From the NCBI GenBank assembly GCA_016748015.1, contig JAAOMT010000523.1:1351595-1415594 (forward strand): 64,000 bases of DNA, written 5' to 3'. Positions within the stretch are counted from its first letter, which is position 1. Every line of letters begins with the position of its first letter. The position numbers and the translations under genes are program-made. This document shows positions 11,714 to 23,124 of this stretch, one piece after another. A model generated the notes under the pieces. That model did not search any database. It was given only the letters and a program-made list of their open reading frames with translations, and had not been told where the DNA came from. The DNA comes from Geosiphon pyriformis uo1 (lineage: Eukaryota > Fungi > Glomeromycota).

Positions 11714-12571
11714 TGTTATAGGGGATTATTTTTGCTGTTGAAGTAAATAACAACTCGTAACTTGGTGCTCAAAAGCTACTTCCATTAATAATGTTCTGAA
11801 GGTGTTGTATCTGAAGGTTTTGATGGAGTCTTTTGTATAATAGACAGAGATTCAATAGTGTCAATAGTAGATGTATCTTTCCAAGAGTTTTCCCAATTTC
11901 TTTCTCAGCATGGTGGCCAGATTTAGTCTGGCAGTTGTGCCCTTCTGGTAAGCTATCTGATAATATATAAAATCCTACCCTTATTTCTGGGTCTTTTACC
12001 AGGCTATTCTTGACATCAATAACTCAGTGTTTAATCCTTTTACTCAATTAGTAAACAACAAAAAAAAATAAAATAAAGAAAATAAAAGAAAATAAAGAAG
12101 AAAAAAATAAGCCCAGGCGGTTTAGCAGGTTAGTATTTCGTCAATAGCCATGATTAAGAGCTATTGTTCCAGTGTGGTTAAGTATCAATTACTATCAACA
12201 TGAAGTGTTAATAGTGGAGAGAGGATTGAGATATGGAATAATTATTTATTTGATGATTTTGTTTTTTGGCTAAAGATTCTGTGGTATTGATTCTGTTTTT
12301 TCTGTTTCTAATACTACCGCTATATATACATAATTGAGATTCCTCAATTCCTCAATTCTTCATGACAGGAATTCTGGAATTTCTGGAATCTTGCAATTCC
12401 TTTGAAAAGAATCCTGGAATTCTGGAATCCTGCAATTCCTCATCGGAGAATCCTAAAATTTCTGGAATCCTGTAATTCCTGAGAGGAATTTTGGAATTCC
12501 ATATTTACTACACTTACTTCTGATTGGTTAATAATTATGCTAATATATTTCCTATATTTCTATAAGTAACA
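11714..12571 (-). repeat. 5' LTR of A1 (858 bp)
   Basis: Matches 2204-3023 with one extra ~38-bp unit in the GGAATCC array. Confidence 0.97.
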
Positions 12572-12715
12572 GCACCAAAAACTTATTATAAAGTGTAGTA
12601 TCCTTATAACTTTGTAAAATACAAGCTAAAAAGATAATATGTTTTTTGTTATTAGATATAGTAAAATTAAAAAACAAAGAAAAAGTATGATTAAGACTCT
12701 GATCAGATAAAACTG

Positions 12716-13525
12716 ATTCAAAAATTTGACTTAATTACTTATATAATTAATAATAATTTAAAACTTAAAACAATTTAAAACTCTAATTTAAAACTTGGGA
12801 CAATTCGAAACTCTAATTTAATTACTTATATAATTAATGATAATTTAAAACTTAGAACAATTTGAAACTCCAACTTAATTATTCATATAATTAATAATAA
12901 TTTAGAACTTGAAACAATTCGAAACTCTGACTTGATTACTTATATAATTGATAATAATTTAAAACTTGAAACAATTTGAAACTTTGACTTAATTATTTAT
13001 ACAATTAATAATAATTTAAAACTTGAAACAATTCGAAACTCTAACTTGATTGTTTATACAATTAATAATAATTTAAAACTTGGAACAATTTGAATTTCTA
13101 ACTTGATTATTTACAAGATTAGTAATAATTTAAAACTTAGAACAATTCAAAATTCTGATTTAATTACTTATACAATCAATAATAATTTAGAACTTGGAAC
13201 ATTTAAAACTTTGATTTAATTATTTACAAAATCAGTAATAATTTAAAACTTAGAACAATTTGAAACTCTAACTTGATTAGTTATACAATTGATGATAATT
13301 TAAAACTTGGGACAATTCAAAACTTCGACTTAATTACTCATATAATTAATAATGATTTAAAATTTAGAACAATTTAAAACTATGACTTAATTATTCACAA
13401 GATCAATAATAATTTAAAACTTGAAACAATTCAAAATTTCGACTTGATTACTTATACAATTAATGATAATTTAAAACTTAGGACAATTCAAAACTCTGAT
13501 TTAATTATTTATATAATTAATGATC
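12716..13525 (+). repeat. 57-bp minisatellite, ~14 copies
   Basis: Unit approximately GATAATTTAGAACTTGGAACAATTCGAAACTCCGACTTGATTACTTATACAATTGAT; consecutive units start at 12841 and 12898. Confidence 0.95.
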
Positions 13526-14191
13526 ATTCTGTTAAATAAGTAATATTATATTATCATATAGCATTTTTAATCATGAAAATATTGGTTTGTTTTATTGTAG
13601 TTTTACCAGAATTAGCAGAATTTAAACTAAATCTAGCACTTAAAATAATTTATACTAACAGTAAAAAATTATAGATTATTGAATATTACAAGTATAAGTT
13701 ATAAACATAAAAATTTTTTAATTACTAAATTAATAAATTCAAAATACTATGGTTTATTACAAATTATGAGTTATCTCAGTATGAGTTATTTTAAATTTAA
13801 CTGTACATTTTTTTTAAAATACAAAGCAAAAATTATAACAAAATATAATCTATTTTATGTCATATATTAAACATAATTTACATATAACCAGCTATTTAGA
13901 CTTATGTTAAAATTATATTAAACTAGACTTTAATACTTAAATTTAATTTCTTATTTATCTTGATTTTAATAACTTGATTTATTATTTTAAACTTTTAAAG
14001 AAGTTTTATTCTTTTTTAAAATAATAATAAAACATGTTTTTTTATTGAAATTTTCAATAATATTTAGCAATAAAACATTAAATTAATCAGTAGTTTATAT
14101 ATAAGAAATAAAATATTTTTTAATATAAACATTATAATATAATTAAAAAAAATAGTTTTATCAAAAATAAAATAATTTGAATTTTAATACT

Positions 14192-14380
14192 TGTTATAAT
14201 ATTAATAATTAAAGGTTTTTTGTATTAATTATCTAATATTACATAATTAGTCATTTTATTTTTGGATAATAATTATTAACTTAATATATAATTTAATTAA
14301 TAATTTTTTTTTATTAAATTTAATATGTATTTTAATTATTATTTAATATAAAGAATTAAATTAAATAATAAATATTGGAT
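14192..14380 (+). repeat. Very decayed fragment of a family-B LTR 5' end
   Basis: TGTATTAATTATCTAATATTACATAATTAGTCATTTTATTTTTGGATAATAATTATTAAC resembles 30960-31020. Confidence 0.5.
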
Positions 14381-14781
14381 ATATTTTATGTATTTTTTAT
14401 ATATAATTAAATATAAATTTAATTTAAACTAAACTATTATTATGAATAAAAACTATAATTTTTATTAATTATTACATATATTAGTTACTAATATTATATA
14501 ATTAGTCATTTTATTTTTAGACAATAAACAATAATTTTATTAATGATTTAGTTATTAACTTAACTATTAATTTAATTATTGACTTAATTATTAACTTAAT
14601 TACTAATCTGGTTATCAATTATTTTAAATAGCTATATAAATAATATATATATATATTTTTTTTCATTTAATGAGTAAAGTCTAAACACTGCCAGTATTAT
14701 ACATCATATAAATAATCTAAACTAAATGTGAATTATGCATTTTCTACATATGGCCAGCCATTTAGGCCAATCAGAACAATA

Positions 14782-17700
14782 CTAAACACCTATATGAACA
14801 GAAACTGTGTTCTTTATATCTGAAAAAAACAAACAAAATTTATGAAACTTAAAACTCACACTAACTATTTCAGCAACACCCAATAACTTAACCACATCAG
14901 CTGAAAATGTCAAAGGAAACCCAGAAACTGGAACAAAAATAGAATCATTATGTGAGATCAGACTATTTTTCTTCATAAATACTCAGTGCTTGGCACAAAC
15001 CAACCAAATATTTTCTTAGAATGCAAGACAAAATTTGCACACAAAATTCACAATATTCTGATTTGCAATCTTAGAGTTCTTGAAAACAGAAACAAATTCA
15101 CAAAACCAAACATTAAAAACAAAACTCTTAAACAGAATAGTGCTAACCACAACATCAGAAACACAAGTAGACAACAACTATGAAACACATAAAGAAGAGC
15201 AAAATAAACCAGAATGTGAACTCCAAGTAGATATATAGACATTCATCAATAGAGCATAATCAGCAGCATCAAATAGGCAAGAAAAGGCATGGTCTGAGAC
15301 CTTAACATTACCACAAAACAAACACACTATACTGGAGTAGCACCTATCATATAGTCACTTATACACAGCAACAAAAAGCCAATGATGAAGAGTCTTTATA
15401 AAATATGTCCAAGAACTAGTGGTCTGTTTGCTAATGAAACCAGCAGCCAAGTAAAAATCTGGATGCCACACCAAAAATGATTTGAACCTATCAATATCTG
15501 CATACAGACTGTCAACCACTACTTGAGAGCCAGAACCAATCTTCTAACATATATAATAAACAGACTAAAAAACCTTCTAAACAAAATGTCTAGAGTTATT
15601 AAAAACAACAACACCATTGGTCTTAAGATAACATTTACTAACCAAATAAAATAGGTGCCAATTAGAGAGGGCAGCTGTTTTGGCTAACACATTAGCATGC
15701 TTATTACCCAAAACACCAGAGTGATCCTTAACTTTATGCCAACTAACATCCAAATTCTTATGATAAATAATGTTTACAATGTGGTGATGTTTAATTCAGC
15801 ACCAATTTCTGAAATCTGGATAAATTAACTTCAATTTAGACTTGTATGCATCCAAAACAGCTTGGCTGTTCATAAACAAATTCACTAAAAGAAAAAAGAA
15901 AACACACTCAAGAGCCAAAGCAATGGCTTGCATCTCTGCCATAATGGAAAACAACAAACTGGAAATCTGTATACCTAATCCCAAATTAATGTCCTCAAAA
16001 AAAACAGCCATACCAGTTCTCACATTAAGAGTTTTCAGACCACTCAAAGATTCATCCATATAAACAGAAAAACAACCAGCATTAGTATGTAAGAGATTGT
16101 TACTAATAACCCCAAACTCATAAGATTGAAAAATATCTGAAGAGCTATGACCACCCAAAATTAGAGAACAGACAGATAAAATAGCTATGCTACTAAGAAA
16201 TTGAACAGAAAGCTTAAATCAGATGAGAACAGGACCATGGAAGTCCAACCACTTCTACTGTTTGAAAATTTTCCAATTGAAAACAGCACCATTTTGTTCA
16301 TACAGCTGGTCTACAAAAGTTATTCCATAATGTTGAAGCAAAGAGACATACTTAAAATAAACCAACTTGCTAAGAACAAAAGACATAAGAGTTCTACTCC
16401 GAAGACAAAAAGAATTGGTTAGAGAGTTACCTAAAAACAGATTGTATTCAGAAAATATATGTATCACACCTGCTAAAAAATTATTTAAAAGATTGACTTT
16501 GACATGAGCCAAAAACTGCAAAGGGTAAAGTAGATGCCAGCTGAAAATCTGTAGATTGTGCAATCTGTGAGAAAATAACTGGCCCAAAATACCAGCAGAA
16601 TTCACAAAAAAACAACCAAAACCAATTTGTTTTTAGCCTGAATCTGCTTAAACATTTTCAAATCATACAAAGAAAGATGATAGATTGCATCATTAGAGAA
16701 ATTGAGTGGCAGACCAGACTTAGACTTCAAATTCTTGCAAATAAGAGCATTCCATTTATTGTACATGTTAATAGGAATGAAACTAAATTGAGTTTTGTAA
16801 CTAATAATTAAATAAAAAACTGCTGACACTAAATACGTGAACTATTTATCTAAGATTGCTTTCCTTAAAACAAGATTGACAAAAAACTGAACATCTGAAT
16901 ATGTTTTAGTCAAGTTAGACTTTGACAAACTCTTAGAAGATAAAAAAATATCCAGATAGTGGTAAGATTTCTGTTTTTTGGTGATAAAAATGGGCAAACT
17001 GCTGATCTTAAGATAAGGATCTCTGATCCAACAGTTGATAGAAATGACCACAGTCTTATTATTATTAATAAAAATGTTATTAAACCTAAAAAATTTACTT
17101 GCAATATTGAAAATGTGTTGTGTAGTAGCTTGGCTATTACCAACTCAGATTATATTATTGACAAAAGCACTGGCAGCAAAAAATGAGTTCAACCCAGCTT
17201 GAGATTCTGCTCAGCCAGTTTTGGAAACAAAATAAAAAATTAATCTATAACTATACACACTCTTTTGTCTTTTGATTTTACACAAAAGCAAATTATAGAA
17301 TATGTACTAAAGAAAAGATGAGAAAACCTCTTCTTGATCCAACTTATTATAAACATGATATCCACTAGTTAAGCTAAAGTTCATCATCACTTTGTTAATG
17401 CGATCATTGTAAATGCTACCAAAAAATCTAATGAATTTGTCACATATCTTAATCGTAGCCAAACTTTTTTTAAGATGCTCTCACTCAACAGAGTTATAGA
17501 TCTTATGCATGTCCTACAAAACCAGCCACAGTTCCCAGTTTTTCTCCAAGGCATCTTTAATTACAGAACTAATAGCAAAAATAGAAAATTGTATTAATGT
17601 ATTCTTCAACACAGAAAAATTGTTTCCACAAAGAACATCAAAAGTGCTGCAGACCAGAGAAATCCTGTCTGAAAAAACTTTGGAAAGGACTTTGCAGGCT

Positions 17701-19463
17701 GTCTCAATCAAAGCAATAGAATGAGTATTCATAAGAACACCTTTCTATTCATAAGGTTTGGAAATTATTGAGGCTCAAGCTTCTCTTCAAGGCCCAAGCA
17801 TTAATTCACAAGTTAAACAAAAGTTTAAAAGCACCAAAAGCATATCTAAAACCAACTTGTCACAATGCCTCCACAATTTATTCAAGATGTCAAAAAGACC
17901 AGCCACTTTTTTATCAGACAGATCTGAGACCACAGCAAACATCTTATTGAACACAATTAGACACATTACATTGGAAAAAGCATTATCAAAAACATAACCC
18001 AAAGGCTGATATTGGTAAGACCAATCAAGAAAGATATCAAATACCATCTTATGCTTCCTAGTCTAATCTTCTATAATTTCATTTACCTTAGATTTAACCA
18101 AATTGGGTTCTAATACCAACTTATTACTTATAACCAGATGATTCAGTACTACTTTGTAGAAAGAATGCTCTAAAACACTTCTGATAATATGACTTTTGTC
18201 TAATTCAAAATTTTCTATTCTTTTATTAATAGCTGTCTTGATATAAGACTTCTTAGCATGCCTAGATTCTAGCATTTTAGAAGAACAGTAAGACTTTCTT
18301 GTCTTAACCAGAGCCAATCAAATCAAGTCAAAATTAGAACCCAAAAGAAAAAAAAATTTTACTGCCAATACACCAATAGTATCAAGTCTACCCCATGTAT
18401 TCAACAACAATAGAAATTCCCTACTAGAAACTAAACAAAAAGCCTTAACCAGCTTGGACACTAACAACCCCAGCTTATGAAACCTGAAAGACTCCTTGGT
18501 AAACACATAATCATAACCCTTAAATCATTTTTTTTGAAAGTTTTATTTGCCAAAAGAGTTACTATCTTGTAAACAATATTTCACATAGTATTTAAATCCA
18601 AAAATTTCACAGAGGCAGCAAACTTATCCAAGAACATTGTAGCATTGGCTAATATAGTACATCAAAAATTGTTCCATTTATTTTTATCAGCACCCTTGAA
18701 ATCAAACTTCCATTAATCCTTATTTGCTTGTTTACAAAAAGAGTTTAACTGTATATCCAAAAGTCCACCCAAACCAATAAACACAGATACAGCTTAGTAA
18801 TTCATGTCAAAATGTTTACTAACATCTAAAACATCACAACATACTATTGCATTAACCAGATTTAGAGAAACAAACACATAATTAATTGTTTTTATGACAC
18901 CTCTGGAATTTTCTCAAGTAGGCTTTTTTATTACTGTGTTACTAACTAAAGAATTAACCAGCCTCAAACTGAGGCACTTTTTAAAACTTGCACACTTGTG
19001 AAGACCATCTTCATTGAAATTACCACCAAGAATAATGAAAAAAAACTCATTTATAGCTTTGGCAATAAAAGAGTTGATATTACCAGCTTAAAAAAACTGA
19101 ACCACTGAAAAAGCACCAGCATAGAGCCCTAATATTAACACAAAAAGTTTATTTTTGAAAAGTAATTTGATAGATAAGAGCCAATCAAGCATCTCAAAAA
19201 TCTTGTATACATGCTTTGCCAAAAAAAAGTCCATGATGACTATGATACCAGCACCCAAATATCTAGATTCCAGACTAAAAATAAACACTTGAATGCCATC
19301 AAATTTGTCAACAATCCAAAGACAAATTTTTTCTTTAAGTTTTGATTCTGTAAAAATAGAAACTAAATTGTTTATGTTTTTGTGCCAATGAATAATATTA
19401 TCCTGCTTTACAGAATTGTTTATTCCTCTAATGTTACAAGTGGCAACTTTCTAAACCAAATTA
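14782..19463 (-). pseudogene. LINE-1 ORF2 (endonuclease, RT, RNase H, C-terminal zinc finger)
   Basis: Ordered chain of minus-strand ORF fragments 14782-19288 carrying the motifs listed for LINE-1. Confidence 0.9.
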
Positions 19464-19464
19464 C

Positions 19465-21290
19465 TTATTGAGAAAGAGATTGGGAGAGCATACTATCAGT
19501 TAGAACCAAACTATCAAAGCATGCCAACAGACTTAGCATCAAAGCAGAAAGGCCCTTCAACATGTTTTCTAATTTAACAACCTCAGGAGAGGCAGACAAA
19601 ACTGAAACTGAAGCAGTTTTGTCACTAATGAATTCACTCAAACTTTTTTTTATTACTACATTGCTCACTTGATTCTGTGATAAAGGAATCACTGGCAGCT
19701 GATATCCAGGGCTAGGCTGGGAAACCATCAGCACAAATAAATTCAACTTCTTAGCCAACTGATCAATTTGTTTCATGAGGCTGACAAGACTGTTCTCAAT
19801 GCTAACCAAATATAACTTTAAACCATTTGCAACAGGCAGGAAAGATTTTATCTTTGAAGAGAAACCAAGTTTGACTGAAACATTATGTGCAGAAAGGAGA
19901 AAGAAAGAAGACTTACCAATAATACTTACTCATAAAGCACCACTAAAAGCTACTGGTCAGACAACAAAAACCGAACTTCTGGTATAAATGATGGCCAGCC
20001 TGCTTTTATTTGTTTCTGAAAATACTCTATGCTATAAAGCACTAAATAGAAATTTCCCACCAATTGCACAGCCCAAAAATGTATAATCTGAGTTCCCACA
20101 TTTAGCATACTTAGCAGAAACCAAACTAGACCAGTGCAAATTGGTACCTCTTAAAACTGGTGTGGTTTTCAACACACCAGCCAATGATTCAGGAGATTCA
20201 AAGCAGATAACCACACATTTGGCTCGAATGTAAGTAACCAAATAATGGTCAATAACACACATTTTTCTACCCACAAAGCCAATAAAATCCCAGATGTTAT
20301 AAGCATTGGTTTTTACAGAAAAAGTATAGAGCAGCACTTTATGAAGATTTTTAAAATCTCATGTTTGTTTGTTAAGATTAGCTCTGGTCACACAAACAGC
20401 ATCTTTTTTAATGAAAATGGACCACTTAGAAGCCAAAAAATCAGCTTGATTCTGATTATCTAATTTGATAATTGCCTTTTACTATAGACTTACCAGTTGT
20501 ATTTTGATTGACTTAATTGACCCAAATTTAGATAGTGCAGCATACACAGTCTTAGCAGATGTTCTAACTGGAATTTTTTTCAATACTACAGTCTGATTTA
20601 AATGTTTAGTGGTTTTCTTGAAATCAGTATTTATTATAATCTTCACACCAGTAGCCATTTCAGTAGTTTTTATTAAATCCAATTCAGAAATAAATGTTGC
20701 TCTAATTATTTCTGAAAATTTTGAGAGGATAGAAACCCCCTCAAAACTATTGATTTTTGAAAACAATTTTTTGATCATAACCAGCTTTTCCTGAGATGAG
20801 TTTCTAACAACATTATTTAAATTAATATTCAAAACAAATAACTTCTTGACAGCAACATTAACCAAATTTTTCAAAGAGAGAGGCAAAGAAAAAGAAGCAT
20901 CCAGTAAAATATTATCACTATTACTATCACTTAGAAAGTTAATCTTGTCAAAAGAAGTGCCCAAGGCTTTTTTAGTTTTTACATATGGATCTTTTAATGT
21001 ATGGTTGGATTTTTCTCTACCAAACATAATTTTTTCTCCATAATCAATACTAGTTTCCTCTACCAAACATTCTGCCTCCATATCAATACTATTAAACTCA
21101 GTTGTATTACCAGTTTCAGAACCCTAAGAATGCTCAGTTGAAACTTCAGTAGAAACTATCTTGCCACCAACCTCATCTTTCAAGACATCACCCTTTCTCT
21201 TTTTTCTGGAAAGCATCTGCTTACTATTACCAAAACCTGAATTTTTCACAGCCTTTTTTATAACAGCAATACTAAAACCAATAATGGCCT
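19465..21290 (-). pseudogene. LINE-1 ORF1 (RRM-like, CCHC-like knuckle, C-terminal coiled coil)
   Basis: VVLKKIPV..AKTVYAALSKFGSIKSIKIQL (RRM-like), (C)AKCGNSD(H)TFLGC, IENSLVSLMKQIDQLAKKL. Homologous to 51900-53698. Confidence 0.8.
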
Positions 21291-23124
21291 TATAGTCAAG
21301 CAAAAATAGTTTGGATTTATTATATTAAATTGTAAAAACTTCTTTCAAAAAACTTTTTAACTCTTTTTTGGGAATTTGAAATGAGAAAGAGAAAGAAGTT
21401 TAAAAATTTTATATATTTTTTAGCTTTAAAAAAGCATATTTTAATATATAAGACATATATAAATTAAAATAATAAAAATTACTTCTATAATATTTAATCT
21501 TTTTTAATTTACTTAATTTTTATTTAAATATTTAAAAAATTTTATAATAAAAACTACTTGTTAGTATTTATCTGTAATTGTTAGTTTTAAAGATTATTTA
21601 TTAAAAAATACAATTAATACTTGATATTAAATTCTAAAAATACTAATGCATAAAATTATACTAATGTATTATTTTTTGTTAATAATATAGATTATTTTTC
21701 TACTTTTAAATTTTTTGTTATTATAAAACTAATCTTATATATTAAATTTATTCTAATTTATTTTATTTTTTAAAATTTATTTTATTTTTGATTATTTTTA
21801 TTACTATATAATTTTATTTTATTTTGTTATCTATTAACTTATTATTTTAATTTATATATTATATTAAGTCTATAAAAAAAATTTATTTTGAAAAAACATT
21901 TTATTAATTAAAAAACTATTATTTACAATATGTTTATTTAATTATTTAACAGTTTTATTAAAATTAAACTTAATATTAACAGATTAATGCTTTCAAAAAA
22001 TAAGTAATTTAATATAAACTTTATTATTTAAAAAACGATTATCACAATTTTTTATATAATTAGTATTAAAATTACACTTAATTTTAATTATAGTTATGTT
22101 TAAAAAAAGTTTATTTACAATTTTACCAAAAATAAACACTTTACTTTAAATAATATTAATTATATTTTTAAGTTTTATATATAAAACAAAAAAAAGTTTC
22201 AAAAAAATAGTAACCAAAAAAACCAATAAATCAATTAGCTTAACAAAAAACTTAATTAAAATAGGCAAATTTAAAATTTAATTACAGGATTAATAACAGA
22301 AACAATTAAAAAAACAACCAAAAAAACAGAAATCTTAGCATAAAATCTTTTATTAACATAAAATAATACAAAAAACTTGAAATTAACAGCAAATTTGAAA
22401 AAAAATCTGAAAAAAAGAAATAATAATATTTTATAATTTAAAACCAAATACTTAAAAATTTAATATTTAAAAGTTTTTTACTATTTTTTAAAATATTAAT
22501 TTTTAATAATAACTGTATTAAATTTTTTTTAAACTTAAAAGTAATAATAATATATTAAAATTATTTAGCAGATTCAAAAAAATAAAAAATAAAACAAGTA
22601 TAATTATCAATTTAAAAAACCAATTTACTAATTTTAAAGACTAAGCAAAAAGAAAATTAACCAATTTGGTCTTATTGTTTTTTAATTATCAAAAAAAATT
22701 TTACACTTTTTTTGTTTATTAGAATTAATCAATTAAAAATTATGTTTTATTATTAATTAATTTTTTTTAATGATTTTTGTATTTATAATTGAAAATATTT
22801 TATTGTTTTTATAGTTTTAGATATTAAATAAGATCTTATATTCCTAATTATATTTTTATTTGCAGAAAAAATATGTTTAAAAGCAATAAATAATTTTTAA
22901 ATTATTAAATAATTATAAATTATATATATAAAATAAAATAATTATGTTTAATATATTTAAATAGCAAATTTTTAATAAAAATAATAAGTTAAATAAATAT
23001 TTTTTACTATATTATTATATTTATTTTTTTATTGGCTATTTTTTTAAAGATATAATAATTAATTTTGTTAAGTTTTTTTATTATTATTATTAAAGTTTGT
23101 TTTTAATAATTAATGCTATAGTAT

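Larger units (their letters stand above)
2204..12571 (-). mobile_element. Ty3/Gypsy LTR retrotransposon, family A copy A1 (dUTPase-bearing), decayed
   Basis: LTRs 2204-3023 and 11714-12571 with TGTTA...TAACA ends. TSD GCAC at 2200-2203 and 12572-12575. PBS next to 11714, PPT next to 3023. gag, PR, dUTPase, RT, RH and INT remnants in Gypsy order. Confidence 0.97.
14662..21409 (-). mobile_element. Full-length non-LTR retrotransposon (LINE-1 of this window): ORF1 + ORF2 (APE-RT-RNase H-CCHC), decayed
   Basis: Approximate TSD TATATATTTTTT at 14650-14661 and 21410-21421, with a short A tail. ORF2 motifs: VATCNIRG, IILGGNFN, TINYVFVS, QEEVFS, AFVNNII*V (FVDD), VYMDESL..AEMQAI..WHKVKDHSG..GNKHAN, CLFCG..SDH.FSC. 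Confidence 0.93.
14438..21859 (+). repeat. Decayed solo LTR of family B, split by LINE-1 (left half 14438-14661, right half 21410-21859)
   Basis: Left half aligns to 30921-31075 and right half to ~31080-31574. Example: AAAACTAATCTTATATATTAAATTTATTCT vs GAAACTGATCTTGCACATTGAATCCATACT. Differences are almost all C>T or G>A. Confidence 0.8.

Noticed and set aside
12716-13525. CRISPR-like array
   Set aside because: Units are contiguous with no unique spacers, there are no cas genes, and the context is eukaryotic.
13800-14060. Possible additional LINE 3'-end relic
   Set aside because: Only a ~25-bp resemblance (CATATAACCAGCTATTTAGAC) in very AT-rich DNA; too weak to call.
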